Shown: positions 25,047 through 38,300 of the stretch, piece after piece | How the letters are laid out: each line of letters opens with the position of its first letter | Numbering within the stretch: the first letter of the stretch is position 1 | DNA from: Eledone cirrhosa | Lineage: Eukaryota | Length of the DNA: 64,000 nt | Direction of reading: 5' to 3' | Assembly: GCA_964016885.1 (NCBI GenBank) | Contig: OZ024740.1 | Span: forward strand, 339,884,001 to 339,948,000 | Notes under the pieces: model-generated | What the model was told of the DNA's origin: nothing | Seen by the model: only the letters and a program-made list of their open reading frames with translations | Database searches by the model: none | Position numbers and translations under genes: made by a program

Positions 25047-28000
25047 GAAGATAGACATTAAACAATGATATATATATATAAAGTTAGTTCCACAACATAT
25101 TAGTAAACCATCTTCGAGGAATGTGTTTCATCCAACAGATTTTCATATATATATATGTGTGTGTGTGTATGTATGTTTGTTTCCATGTCTGTATTTGCTT
25201 TTACTGTTTGTTTATGTTCAGTAACTTAGCAGCTTAACAAAAAGAAAATCAATAAAATAATTACCACTTGAATAAATAACTACTGGGGTCAATACGATTG
25301 ACTAAAAATCCTTCCTATATGGTGCCCTAGCATGGCAGCAGTCTTATGATTGAAACCAGTAAAAGCATAAAAGAATATTATCATTAAGTTTATGTTTGCC
25401 TATCTATACTTGCATAGATCCTCTCCAAAACAGCATCTCAGCACTTGTGATCCTTTGTCTTTTGTGAGCATTAGCATTCTGTGATCAGCTTGTCCCTTTA
25501 ACAAAACGTGAAAGAATAGGCATTTCTGTGTGGTCAGATATGAACTGCGACAAGGCACAATGGTCAGTAGATGATGGAGGTAATATGCACATTTGCCACC
25601 TCCGCCTGATCTTTCAGGAATATTTCTGAGTGGGAATGTCCACCTGCTCATTACTTCATCCAAGTTTTTGTTCACCTGGAGATCTGAACCAAACCATATC
25701 TTGAGCAACTTAACCAGCTAGCCAGTCCAGTGCCCATTGATGTTGTTAGATGGCATGGACCTGCTTCTCCAGATGCCAAGCTGCAAGCTCACAAACTTTT
25801 TCTGGCTAATTTTAACTTCCATCACCACCTCATAGTCTCTTATAGCTGTTCCAATCACCTTGATGTGCTTGGTGCTCGACACCATTACAGTGATATCATT
25901 TGCATATGCTAACATAGATCTCCTGCATCTTAGTGAGTGTGGGTCACCCCTCAGTACCTCTAGCTTGTGTAATAATGACTGAAGAGTTAGTTCATACAAC
26001 AGAAATGAGAGAGGTACCCCTGACAGACCAAGTGCATGATGTTGATGCATGGCCATTCATTTTGATCACCAAACAAATGTCATTGTACATTGAAGCAAAC
26101 CATCCCCTGAAAACAAAGCCAAAACTGGCCACCATGAGAACAGCTGCCAGGTAGCCATGGTCAGTCTCAAAAGCTGTCAATTGATCCAAGTTGATCAAGG
26201 CCCCACTCTCACTAGGTTTCTTACTTACCCTCTCTATGGTGTATCACGTGATATAGAGGCTGTCATTTAGAATGGCACATATCTGTGCCTCTCCAACCAG
26301 ACTCTTGATGACAAGCACCAAACTCTATGCTAACACTTTGGCAAAAACTTTGAGCACTGTGTTTAGCAGTTATGATCCTAAAATTATCAATATGATCCTT
26401 CTCATTAGGATCCTTTATTAGCAGTGCCGCCCCCTCTATTCTATTTCACACTGTCTGCTCTGAGTACGGCCATGTTATTGGGAGGGGTTAATTTGAGGGT
26501 GTTTCCACTTGTAAATCACCAAATATACACTTGGTGATATTCCTTCCGAAATCACCACTTTTCTTTTGGAATTTAGTTTTTATGTGTGTGTATTTTGTGT
26601 TGTTTGTATAATTTGTATGTGTGTGAGTATGCAGATTGTCTGTTGTAAAATCTGCTTGTATCATTAAGTCTGTGCTGTTTGTGTTTATGGTTATAGTTTG
26701 TAAGGAAGGTGGGGGGAGCTTTTGTTGTTCTTGTGTGTGTGGAATGGGTTGTGATTAAGGTGTTGGGTGGTATTTGTGATGTCTGTGGCAGTAGTGGTGG
26801 TGAACTGGGTGTTTGTGATATTTTTTATTTCTTGCAGCTTTTTTTTCCTAACCACTTTTTTGTGTGGGTGAGATTTAGTCTTTATTTTTCATCTTTTCTT
26901 CTGGTTAGTTATAGTTTTCCACTCCTAATCCTTGTCAGACTTACTTCAGGTTATGTCTGATCATTCAGAATCAGAGAATGGCATGTCTTCCATTTGCATT
27001 GTGTTGTGATCTGGGGACTCTATTGTTGTGGTGGTGGTTGCAGGTGTTGCCGTGGCTTTTGTTGTTGATGTTCTTGTTGTTGTTTTCCTTGATACCTGCT
27101 TGTCTTGTTGGTGATGGTGTTGTTGTTATTTAGGTTTTTGATAATAATAATAATAATGGTTTCTGATTTAAGCACAAGGCCAACAATTTTAGGGGAGGGG
27201 AAAGTCGATTAAATCGACCCCAGTATATTACTGGTGCTTTATTTTATTGACTCCTTAAAGATGAAAGGCAAAGCTAACTCAGACAATAGTTGTTTCAAAA
27301 CATGTGGAAATAAATCTTTAATCTCTTTAGTGATTCTAGAAAAACTTCTGTAATGAGTTGTTGATTATTTGCTGAGATGATGAGTAGAAATAAAGAAATT
27401 AGTTTTTATAGCTGAGAATATTCCTCTGCTACGAAACACACTGGTGATGTGATTTATTTCCAGCTGACATAAACATAGTTTCTAAACATGTTACAAAATG
27501 CAAACAAGACATTGCAAGGAAAGTCTCAACTATTCCATTTATCTGAATACTTCCATTCAAACTAACAGCCACTGTGTAAAGTGTTTGGTAATAGACAGAA
27601 CATCTCTATGCAAAGAGCCTTGACTGATTCACCTTTCCCTGCTAAACCCTAGCACCCCCCAACACTGTCCCACCCCAGGAAAGCCTGACACAACCCCAAA
27701 ATGATAGACACCACTCAACCACTTGTTCCAACCACTATAAAAATTCCCCCCTTTTCGTCCACCAAGGGAAGCCAGATACCACCATGACGCTCCCTCCCCA
27801 GCAATGAAATACTGGTACCCCAGTCTCAACCCCATAGCTGTCTAACCCAATCAAGCATGGAATATAGACGTTAAACAGCAAAGATGATGATTTTTTAAGT
27901 TTAATCACAATTTTTATTTTTTTAATCCCTGCTTCTACAACTGTCATTTTTAGAACTGTATCTATTCTTTATTTTTACATTCAGGTGGCAAAAGAAGAGA

Positions 28001-29280
28001 GCTTCTGTATTTATCCAAAAGTATGGACCATATTTTTGGTCTTCAGATCTATGAACACTTACTGTTCTACAGCCGTTGGTATGAACCAAGTGTCCATATG
28101 GTTGATATGATAACTGGTAAAGATGAAATATTTATTGATCACCTCACCCAGCCAACTGCCATCGTAGTACACCATCCGTCCAATATAAACGGTAAGTGAA
28201 AATTTTACAATTTTAATGGAATAGACCTCAGTCAGTTTCAACAATAAGTGTTCTAATCAACAATTCATCTTTTGTGGTTATGAAAATGGAAAAGGAAGGG
28301 CAAGGCAAGGGCTCTAGGGTCACAAAATAATGGGGAAGGGAAGAGGGATGGGCTCTAGGGTGTGGCTGTATTGGGGCTGTGCCCCACGGACAAGACTACA
28401 GAAGTATTCCTGCAAACAATGGCCAGTGACACGCACTGCAACAGCTGCCGCACCTTGTGGAGCTCCTTCCTCAGGCAGGCTACTGATGTTCCGATCTTGT
28501 GGAGAAGCTTGACAGTACAGGGTCCAAGTACTAGTTATAACACTCATGGAATTAAGTAGATGTTTTTGAGATGTAAGATTCAATATAAAACAAAAATAGT
28601 AGTAATGATCTAACAAGTTGTTTCAACTATATTTTCCACTATTCTTCAAAGTGTTTTTGTATTATAGAATTTGCAGGTAATACCAAGTATTATTTGACAG
28701 GGATCATGATATGAACACTTCTACTTTGTTCCCTTCTGAAAATCTCTCTCCTGGTTCAGAAACACTGTGGGATCACTGGAAGGCACTCAGCTGCCTGAGA
28801 ATAAGAATGGAGTGATAAATGGTAGCTTTGGTCAGATTACATGGCTGGCTCAGCCACCTGTGAATGAAGAAGGAAACCAGATTATGGAACACTGCCTTGA
28901 ATGCTCTCTTTTACCCAAACCATGCAGCTCAAAAGACCTTGCAGACTCCAATGAAAATTCAAAGAACTTTGGGGAGAAATGAAATGTTGTTATCTGACCA
29001 CTGTGCTTACTTCAAAGAAATGAATCAACAATAACAATGATCTTGCACAGTTTTAAAATGTTTTAAAGGATTCCATAATTCTCCAGCTGCCTCATATACA
29101 TATATATATATATATATTGAAAAATGTGTGAGATCCTTGGTACAGTTAGGTATATTTGAAAAAAAGGAAAAGAATGACTTCACTAAACAAATTGATTTAA
29201 TTTTATATTATTATTATAATATTATAGAATTAAACCAATTTGTTTAGAATTACAAGTGAAGTCATTCTTTTCCTTTTTTT

Positions 29281-29319
<39 letters not shown>

Positions 29320-32300
29320 TTATTTACATGAACCAAATGGTTTAGAAGTTCATTTTGCAGTAATGAAGTTCTAGATTTGATCCCACTCTGTAGCATCTTT
29401 TAACATAGCCTTAGCTTGACTCAAGCCTTGTGGGTAGATGGAGACTGTTTGAAAAATCATCATATGGACTGTACTTGTAAATTCAAAGGGTCAGCCTTTT
29501 CACACATTATCATGCTGAATCTCACAGAAAGTTATGTGTAGGGCACACATGTCTGTGTAATGCCCTGGCACTTACATGTTAACTTCACAAGTAAGTCATT
29601 CCATTGATTGAATAACTGAAACACTTATCTTCATCAAAACCAACAGACATCCATTACTATACCTCCATGAACAGATAGAGAGAGAGAAAGAAACAAACAG
29701 TGCATACATTATTATCTGCAGCTAATGGCTTCAAGTTGTTGGGGTTAATACATTGAGAAGCTAAGTCACACCTTATTCACTACACAAGTTTATGTCAACC
29801 CAATTCTATGACAGCAGAATGTCTATCTCTTCTGTTATAAAAAGCTGACAGTATTAATTTTGACAGCTCTGTTTTACAATGGTTTCAGCACTTTTGGTGA
29901 ACCTTACATAGGAAAACATTAGGTTATATAAACTATTCTTCACAGCCAATAAACATCAATACCAACATTCTTAACATCATAACCAATTATGTTTACTTAT
30001 TTTTGCAGAGGGGGAAAAAATCACCAAATAATAATTGTAGCAGCTTCTGCTTCTTTTACAGAACATATTAAATCAGTTTTGTTCCTAAGACCCCTCAGGG
30101 AATGTACTTAGTTTGTCTGATGTTTCTTGCTAGAGGTTTCCTTCATATCAATTCCGTATCCTTCAGACTTACAGCCTCAGGTTACCAATCTATCTTTTCA
30201 CAACAATAAATTACTTTTACCAATGATCTGCCAACTTGAGATTTACCAAAATCTTTTTATGTTTGCTTTCAAAATCCAGCAACTGCAACATCATGGCAGT
30301 TTTGCTTCAGCTTATTCTGTGTGTCTTTAATGCCATAGAGTAGAGATAAGCTTCCCGCTTTTGATATTTGGCTCAACTTACATCACTACCTTGGGGAGGC
30401 ATGAACATCATGTAATCTCCTTTCTCTTACCCTATAAATCTGAGATTTTCTGCCTAAAAAAAAAAGAAGAAAATCAATAATGCTTCTCTGTTCTGTCAAA
30501 CTGTACATGAAACTATATATATTTTTTCTGGTTGCCATCAGCTACAGACCACCATCACCAACAACAACAACTACCACTGCCATCGCCAACAACACCAACA
30601 CCAATACAACCCTCACCAACACAACCAACACCAATGCAACCACCACTAACACCACCATCACAACAACTAGCACCTACCAATGCAACCACTAACAACAACA
30701 CAACCGCCAATAATACCAACAGCACCACCACAACCAGCATCAACACCACCACCACAACCACCAACACCATCACTACAAACATCAACAACTACACAACCAC
30801 CACCACTAACAGTACCAAAGCCACCACCACCACCAATACTACCACCAGCACCAACATCATCACTACAACCATCAACAACAACACAACAACCACTAGCAGT
30901 ACCAAAACCACCACCAGCACCACCAAACCACCAACACCGTCACTACAACCATCAGCAACAACACAACAACCACTAGCAGTACCAAAACCACCACCAGCAC
31001 CACCAAACCACCAACACCGTCACTACAACCATCAGCAACAACACAACAACCACTAGCAGTACCAAAACCACCACCAGCACCACCAAACCACCAACACCAT
31101 CACTATAACCATCAGCAACAACACAACACAACAACACAACCACCACTAGCAGTACCAAAAGCACCTCCAGCACCACCAAACCACCAACACCGTCACTACA
31201 ACCATCAGCAACAACACAACAACACAACAACCACTAGCAGTACGAATACCACCAGCAACACTACCACCACAACCCCAGCAGTACCAACACCACTACCACA
31301 ACAACCAACACCAGCAGCACCAACACTACCACAGCCACAACCATCAGCAGCACCACCACCACAACCAACACCAGCAGCACCACCACAACAACCAACATCA
31401 GCAACACCACCACAACCAACACCAGCAGCACCATCAGCAGCACCACCACAACAACCAACACCAGCAGCACCATCAGCAGCACCACCACAACAACCAACAC
31501 CAGCAGCACCATCAGCAGCACCACCACAACAACCAACATCAGCAGCACCACCACAACAACTAACACCAGCAGCGCTGATATAATTACTTCCAATTGCTGA
31601 TCTCAAAATCTTGTTCTTCTTTCAGAAAGCAGTTTTTGCAATACTGATAAAAATGACTGCAAAGGTATGTGTGTGCCAGTGCCACATAATTACCACTGTA
31701 CCTGCGACCCAGGCTATCAATTAACTGATGAGAAATGTACAAAATGTAAGTTGTCCTCCTACTATTTTCTCATTAAACTTTCTCTCCATATTCATCATCA
31801 TCATCATCACCGTTTTACATCCATTCTTCCATGCTAGCATGGGTTAGACAGGTTGTCCTGTTGTGGCAGTGTCCAGTTGGCTGACCTTGTCTTGTTCATA
31901 TGTTATGTATTTCAGTTCTGCATGAACAAGACATGGTCATCTCACCTAGCATTGCCCACAACAGGACAACTCGTCTAACCCATGCTAGTGTGGAAAATGG
32001 ACATAAAACGGTGATGATGATGATTTGACTTTTCTATTTCAAATCAGCAAATTGACAGAGTTATTAGAACATCAGATGGATTGCTTTGCAATATTCATTC
32101 TGCTCCTCTGAGTTCAAATCCCACCAAAGTCGAGATCAACTATGTCGTTCTTCCTTTCAAGGTCAATAAAAAAGTACCTGTCCAGTACTGGGGTCAATTC
32201 TCCCTCTATGTTTCTTTCTCGTTTCTTCTCTATCACTTTCATTCTCTCCTTCACTGAAAGAAATCGACTGTCCTAACCTGGAGAGGGGATGGGCTCTACC

Positions 32301-35300
32301 AGGTTTAAAATGTACAAGACACTACAGCATCTCTGACTCCATTGAGAGATACCGGGTCCATACATACATTTCTATTTCAACAATTATCATATTTTAACCC
32401 TTAGAGACTAGACCCAGACCCTATCCATGTGTGGCAAAGGAGTAAGGAGTATGGGTTAAGATGTATAATGCTTTTATTTATTTTTTTTTTAGTGTTACGC
32501 TTTTATTATTTTAAGGGGCGGTGGATTGGCAGTATCGGTAGAGGGTCGGACGCCATGCTTTGCAGCAAAGAGTTACGGCGCTTTATGATCTAAGTTCAAA
32601 TCCCGCCGAGGTTAGCTTTGCCTTTCATCCTTACGGGGTTGATAAAATAAAGTACCAGTCACGCACTGGGGGCGATTTAATCGACTTTCCCCTCCCTCGA
32701 AATTGATGCCCTTCGGAGGAGAGGTGGGAGGGGGAAGAAGATTTGTTTTTAGCTACGGAAAAATCTGCGAGCGAGCAGAACAAGGGGATTTGATTTTTAA
32801 AAATGTACCAGTCATGAACTGAGGTCGATGATATCAAATCCGTCTCCCCTAAAATAAATAAATATAAGTCAAAGAGTTAATAAGTTATACACATAGGTTA
32901 CGGTTATTCCCCTTAGACTAGCAAACTTTATTGATATTATTATTATATGTCAGATATGCTCGTTTTTTTTTTAACGTTTGTAACATGTCAATTCTCTGTA
33001 ATTGTTGTTGCCGTTGTTGTTATAATTGATGATGTTGTTGTTGTTGTACATGAAATTCCTATGTCCATTCCATTATATTCTAAAATATCGTTTCTACATC
33101 GTATTTGGGAATAACTCAAATCAAAGTAATATTATTGATTTCTGTGTAATTTTTCAGTGGATAATCCCTGGGAACAGTCTGATGAAGCAATGTGCCCCGA
33201 AGGATGCCCTGACCATGCATTCTGCGCCCGTCTTATACCAACTCTACATTATGAATGTGTATGTGCTGCTGGTTTCCACGGAAACGGAGAAGTGTGCAAA
33301 GGTATTTCGAGTCGAACTTTTATCATCAAGGGAAACAACTCTTCTTCAACTGAAAAGTCTATGTGTTTTAGTTTTCTCAATTATAGCTAGGTCTTTATTA
33401 TTTATTTTAATTGCTGGAATCAGAAGAATAACAACACACAACTATTTTACATGGCTCTGGGGCTAGTAGAAGAACGGAGAGAAGATCTTTATTTTCACTG
33501 TTCAGACACCTGGTCTGACTTCTTACAACGGAGTGGACTCTTTTTAAAGTCACCCAAGAGTTTAGTATGGGTGTTAACCAGGCAAGCAGATTAAGAAGAC
33601 TTACGAAAACAGTTAAACAACATTGTATATTTCAACTTAACGAGATATTAGTACATTAGTATCAAAAGGCTTAGACACACATTTGATACTCAAGTAGGTT
33701 AGTATCAAAAGGCTTAGACACTATACTTGAGTAGGTTAATATCAAAAGGTTAAGATATTTTTGACACTCCAAAGTATGACCCAGTATGGCTGAATGGTTA
33801 AGAAATATGCTTTGCAATCATGAGGTTCTGGGTTCAATGCCATTACATTGTATCTTGGGCAAGTTTCTTTTACTATAACCTTGAGTCGAACTAAGCCTTG
33901 TGAGTGTAAATAGATAGACAGAAACTATATAGCAGTCTATTGAATAGACTGGATCTGTAATTCAAAGAGCCAGTCTTGTCACATGCTGTATCATGCTGAA
34001 TCTCCCTGAACATTATGTTAACCCTTTAGCTTTAAACTGGCCATATCCAACCAGAATTCTCTCACCTCTTTTTGTTCAAACAGGCCATAACTGGCTGTTC
34101 ATACTTATGTTAAGGTATTTTCTCAAAATAAATAATATCAAAATCTCATAGATTTGAAATTATTTTAGATAATTATGTGAAATAGAGTGTTTACAGTGAA
34201 AATATAATGGTAAATGTAGAGTAATGTAAATGCTAATGGATTAAGAATACATAATTTTGTAGCATATTTAGGCAGTTAAAGCTGATTCAACAAGTAAGTT
34301 GTTCTGTTGAAAGAACAACTGGAACATTCATTGTCAAAACTGTGGAGGTCTATTTACTTTTGACACTCCACTGAATTTTTTTCATTGAATGTTCTATGAT
34401 ATAAAACTGTTTTAAAGTGCTTATATTAATCTAAAATTCTTCCATGATAATTTTATTTAAGCAGCTTTGCTAAATAATGCTCCAAATACCAGCTTAATAA
34501 TAAGGAAATTAGTTACAATATTAACCCTTTCAATACCGAATTGCCAGAAACCACTCATGGTTCTGTGATACAAAACTGATTGTTTTAAAGTGTTTATATT
34601 AATCTAAAAACTATTATTATTTTTATATAAGAACCTTTTGTTATGTTTTGTTCTAAATACCAACTTAATAACGAAAAAGTTTTATGTTACTAATTCTTCC
34701 CCTAAATATATATTATTTTTTTTTAATTATTTTAAAATTATAAACAGTGTCTTTTTAATGTCTGTCTATCAAAATTCCTGATATTCCTAATTGATATTTT
34801 CTCGATATTGTACTGGTTAGATCATTAGACCAGTGGACAAAATACCTTGCAGTATTTGTTCTGCTTTCAAATCCTGCCGAGGTCAATTTTCCTCTCATCC
34901 TTCTGGGGTTCATTATCATCATCATTTTTATGTCTGTTTTTCCATGCTTACGTGGGTTGGACTTCTCAGGATGGCACCTCTCCACTCATCGCAATCCATT
35001 GTCTTCTCATCTGTGAGTCTCAGGGATTTGAGGTCAGCTCTCACAACCTCTGTCCAGATCTTTCTTGGTCTACCTCTTCCATGGCTTCTTTCCACTGGTA
35101 TTTCCTGGCACTTCTTCACTCAACAATCATTGTCCATGCACATCATATGTCCATACCAATGCTCTAATGATCTTACCAGTACAATATTGATAAATAAAAT
35201 ATCAGTCATGTTCTAGAGTCAATATAATCGACTGTTCTCCTCACATTAAAATATTTGGTGCTCATGTACCTATATAAGAAACAATGTCATACAAACCATT

Positions 35301-38300
35301 GTGTAAAATGCGTGACAGAACACATTAACAGAAGATATTACATTGTAAAACATTGTGGCAAGGTTTCACAGGTACACAGTCACATTGACCAGTCATATTG
35401 ACGAGTCACACAGACCAATCATATTGACCAGTCACATTGACCAGTCACATTGACCCGTTACAATGACCAGTCCCACTGACCAATAATGCTAACTAGTCTC
35501 ATTGTGATTGAGACATACTCCAGCATAAGTGCTGTAAATTCTGTTATCATAGATGCTGCAGTTTCTGCTAAAATATCAACATTTAATTTCTACTAAACGT
35601 TTTGCAGCCTAATCTACACTGAATTATTCAATAGAGAAAGTTAACATCTCCCAACTTACAGATTACTATATCTAGATCAATTGGCAAAATCGTTAGAATA
35701 TCAGAGAGGATGTTTCACAGTATTTTTTCTGGCTCATTGCGGTCTGAGTTCAAATCCTGCCAAGGTCAACAGTACCTTTCATCCTTTCAAAATTGATAAA
35801 TAAAATACCAGTTCTGTCCTGGGATTGATTCTTGCTCTATATCTCTTGCTCACTCTCACGCTCTCTTTCTCTGTAAGAAATCAGCTATGCTCAAACCTGA
35901 AGAGGGATAAGCCCCTCCAGGTTCAAATGGTGCCTCTAAAACACCATCAGGAGTTAAGAACCCATGTATACATGTCTAGATCAGTGTTTCCCAAGTTGGG
36001 TTCCACAAAAATATTCTAGGATCTCTTTAGATAGAAATTATTATAAAATCTTGTTAAAAGGCACTTTTTGTTATTATAGGATTAAATTCTCTCTTTAACT
36101 GTTAATATCCAGTACCTTATAAAACTGCATTACTAAAACATTCTTGACATTATAAAACAGCACTATGATTGCATCACATTAGAAATTAGTCTTTAGTTTA
36201 CTGCAAATTAAACCATAGTAAAGATACTATAAATATTTTAATTAACAAGTAAAAATACTATAAATATTCACTAGTAAAGATACTATAGTATCCACTAGTA
36301 AAGATACTATAAATATTTTAATTAACAAACTCATTTTGAGACATTCTGTTAAATCATTACATAATGTTAAAAGTTGTAATAATAATTATTATTTTTACTT
36401 TTGGCACAAGGCCAGCAATTATCCCAGTGCATTACTGGTACTTTATTTTATCGACCCCATAAGGATGAAAGGCAAAGTTAATGAAAATTATTGTGTACAA
36501 CTACAACTCATAAAGGTGCATGTATAGTACATAGAATACTGTACAAATGTCAGGAAAGTGAACATGCATGTGTGTGTATAGAGAGGGAATATCATGTGTA
36601 GTGTTGGCGAATTTTGGGAAGCATGAAAATTTTGAAGGATGCAATGTCCAAAGAGTTACAACCACTTTGTTTTTCCATGTCTAATTAAAATTAGAGTGAT
36701 GGGGATTGTTGGTAAAATATAGGTATAGGTTCAATGATTTTTGAAAAAGCATATAAGGGTTTGAGGACAAAATAAGTTTGAGAGCCAATGGTGTAGACAA
36801 CAATAAATCTAATATAATGTGTCTGTAATTGCAGAATGTCCCAACAATACGTACAAATCTGACATTGGTAACAGTTCCTGTCTTCCATGCCCAAATGATT
36901 CCGACTCACAACATATATCTGCCTCAAAAGCCTGCCTCTGTAAAAGTCCATCAGCTCGGCTTATCGAGGGAAACTGTGAAGGTAAATCAATGGAATATCT
37001 TTCAGAAACAGAATCTCTTCTTCTTTGGCATGGCTAATTCATTTTATTTGTTCAACTTTTTAAATGTATTCTTCTTCCATATTCTTATGGGTCTGATAAT
37101 TCTGCAAATTTCGACAACTTATTTAAATGCTCTTGCTGCCACTGCCACTGCTGCTGCTGCTGTTTTTGTTGTTCTTGTTTCTTCTTGTTGTTGCTGTCGG
37201 TGTTTGTTATTGTTGTTGTTTGTTGATGCTGTTGAGTAATTTTGATTTGTTCTTCCCAAACTGACATATAATATACAGGTGTAATAAATAAAATGTAAAA
37301 CAAACAAAAAATACAATAACCCACTCATCCAGCACTGTACATGTGCAATACCTTGTCCTACAAACAAGCTGTACTACATTCAACAGAGTGGAAGTCCTAG
37401 AATACTCTGGTCATACTGTGTGGCATCTTGGAAAAATGTTTCTTCTTTAATACATCAACTTCATTTGACCAATACCTTGTAAGTGGAAATTAATAAATGG
37501 GAACTGTGTAAAAGCCTACCGCACGTGTGTATATATATACAAGTATACGTATATATATGTGTATATATATATACACACACATGGTAGGCTTTTGTATGTA
37601 TTATGTGTGTGTACGAACTGGCTGAAAAGTTCATAAGTTGACCAAGACACTCTCATGGAATGACCAAATGAGGTATATTTTTTAACATAGTCCCTGGAAA
37701 GAAACAATGCAGTTATTAATAAAAAGTGTTGACATTAATGCATGCAAGATTTCACAGTGCTACCATTACTCCTTTATAGTCAGCCTATGAACTTTTCAGC
37801 CAACCCTTGTATGTATATATATATATGTACCAGACAATGTAGGGTCCTTGCTAGTCAAAAAAGTCACATCTGTGGTATACATATGCAGAAGAGTGTTTGA
37901 AAATTCAAACAATAGCTATACTTGAACGTTACGTAGCTGCCATCATACATATATATACATATATGGTAAAGGTCATGAATGACCATGGGATTTGCAACTA
38001 GAAAGTTCCCCCTCCGAGGCACAAATCCGGGCAAGTTTTTGTCTGTGGAAGACCAACAATCGACCATGCATACCAATCTCCCCTTTCCAGACCAATGTTT
38101 CTCCGGCAAGTCACAATAGATGATACTAAAATTCACAGAAGCCCTTCATTTCTTTCAAATACATGTGTGTCTATCTGTATGTTTGTATATCTGTGTGTGT
38201 GTGTGTGTGTAACTGTGTGTGTAACTATGTTTGTTTACATCAGTCTAAAAACCCATGTTATTGATTTATGTTGTCTTTTTTATGTCTCATAACTTAGTGG

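Noticed and set aside
28320-28616. GC-richer ORFs on both strands
   Set aside because: No recognisable domain or splice context; probably a repeat fragment
30480-31606. Thr/Pro-rich and Gly/Cys-rich ORFs as a real exon or gene
   Set aside because: 80-bp units shift frame, there are no convincing splice sites, and exons G and H already join in phase
8945-33301. Naming the gene LRP1/2/4/5/6 or vitellogenin receptor
   Set aside because: No LDLa repeats are visible in the window, there is no NPxY/PPPSP, and the HYR/CCP/GCC half does not fit those genes
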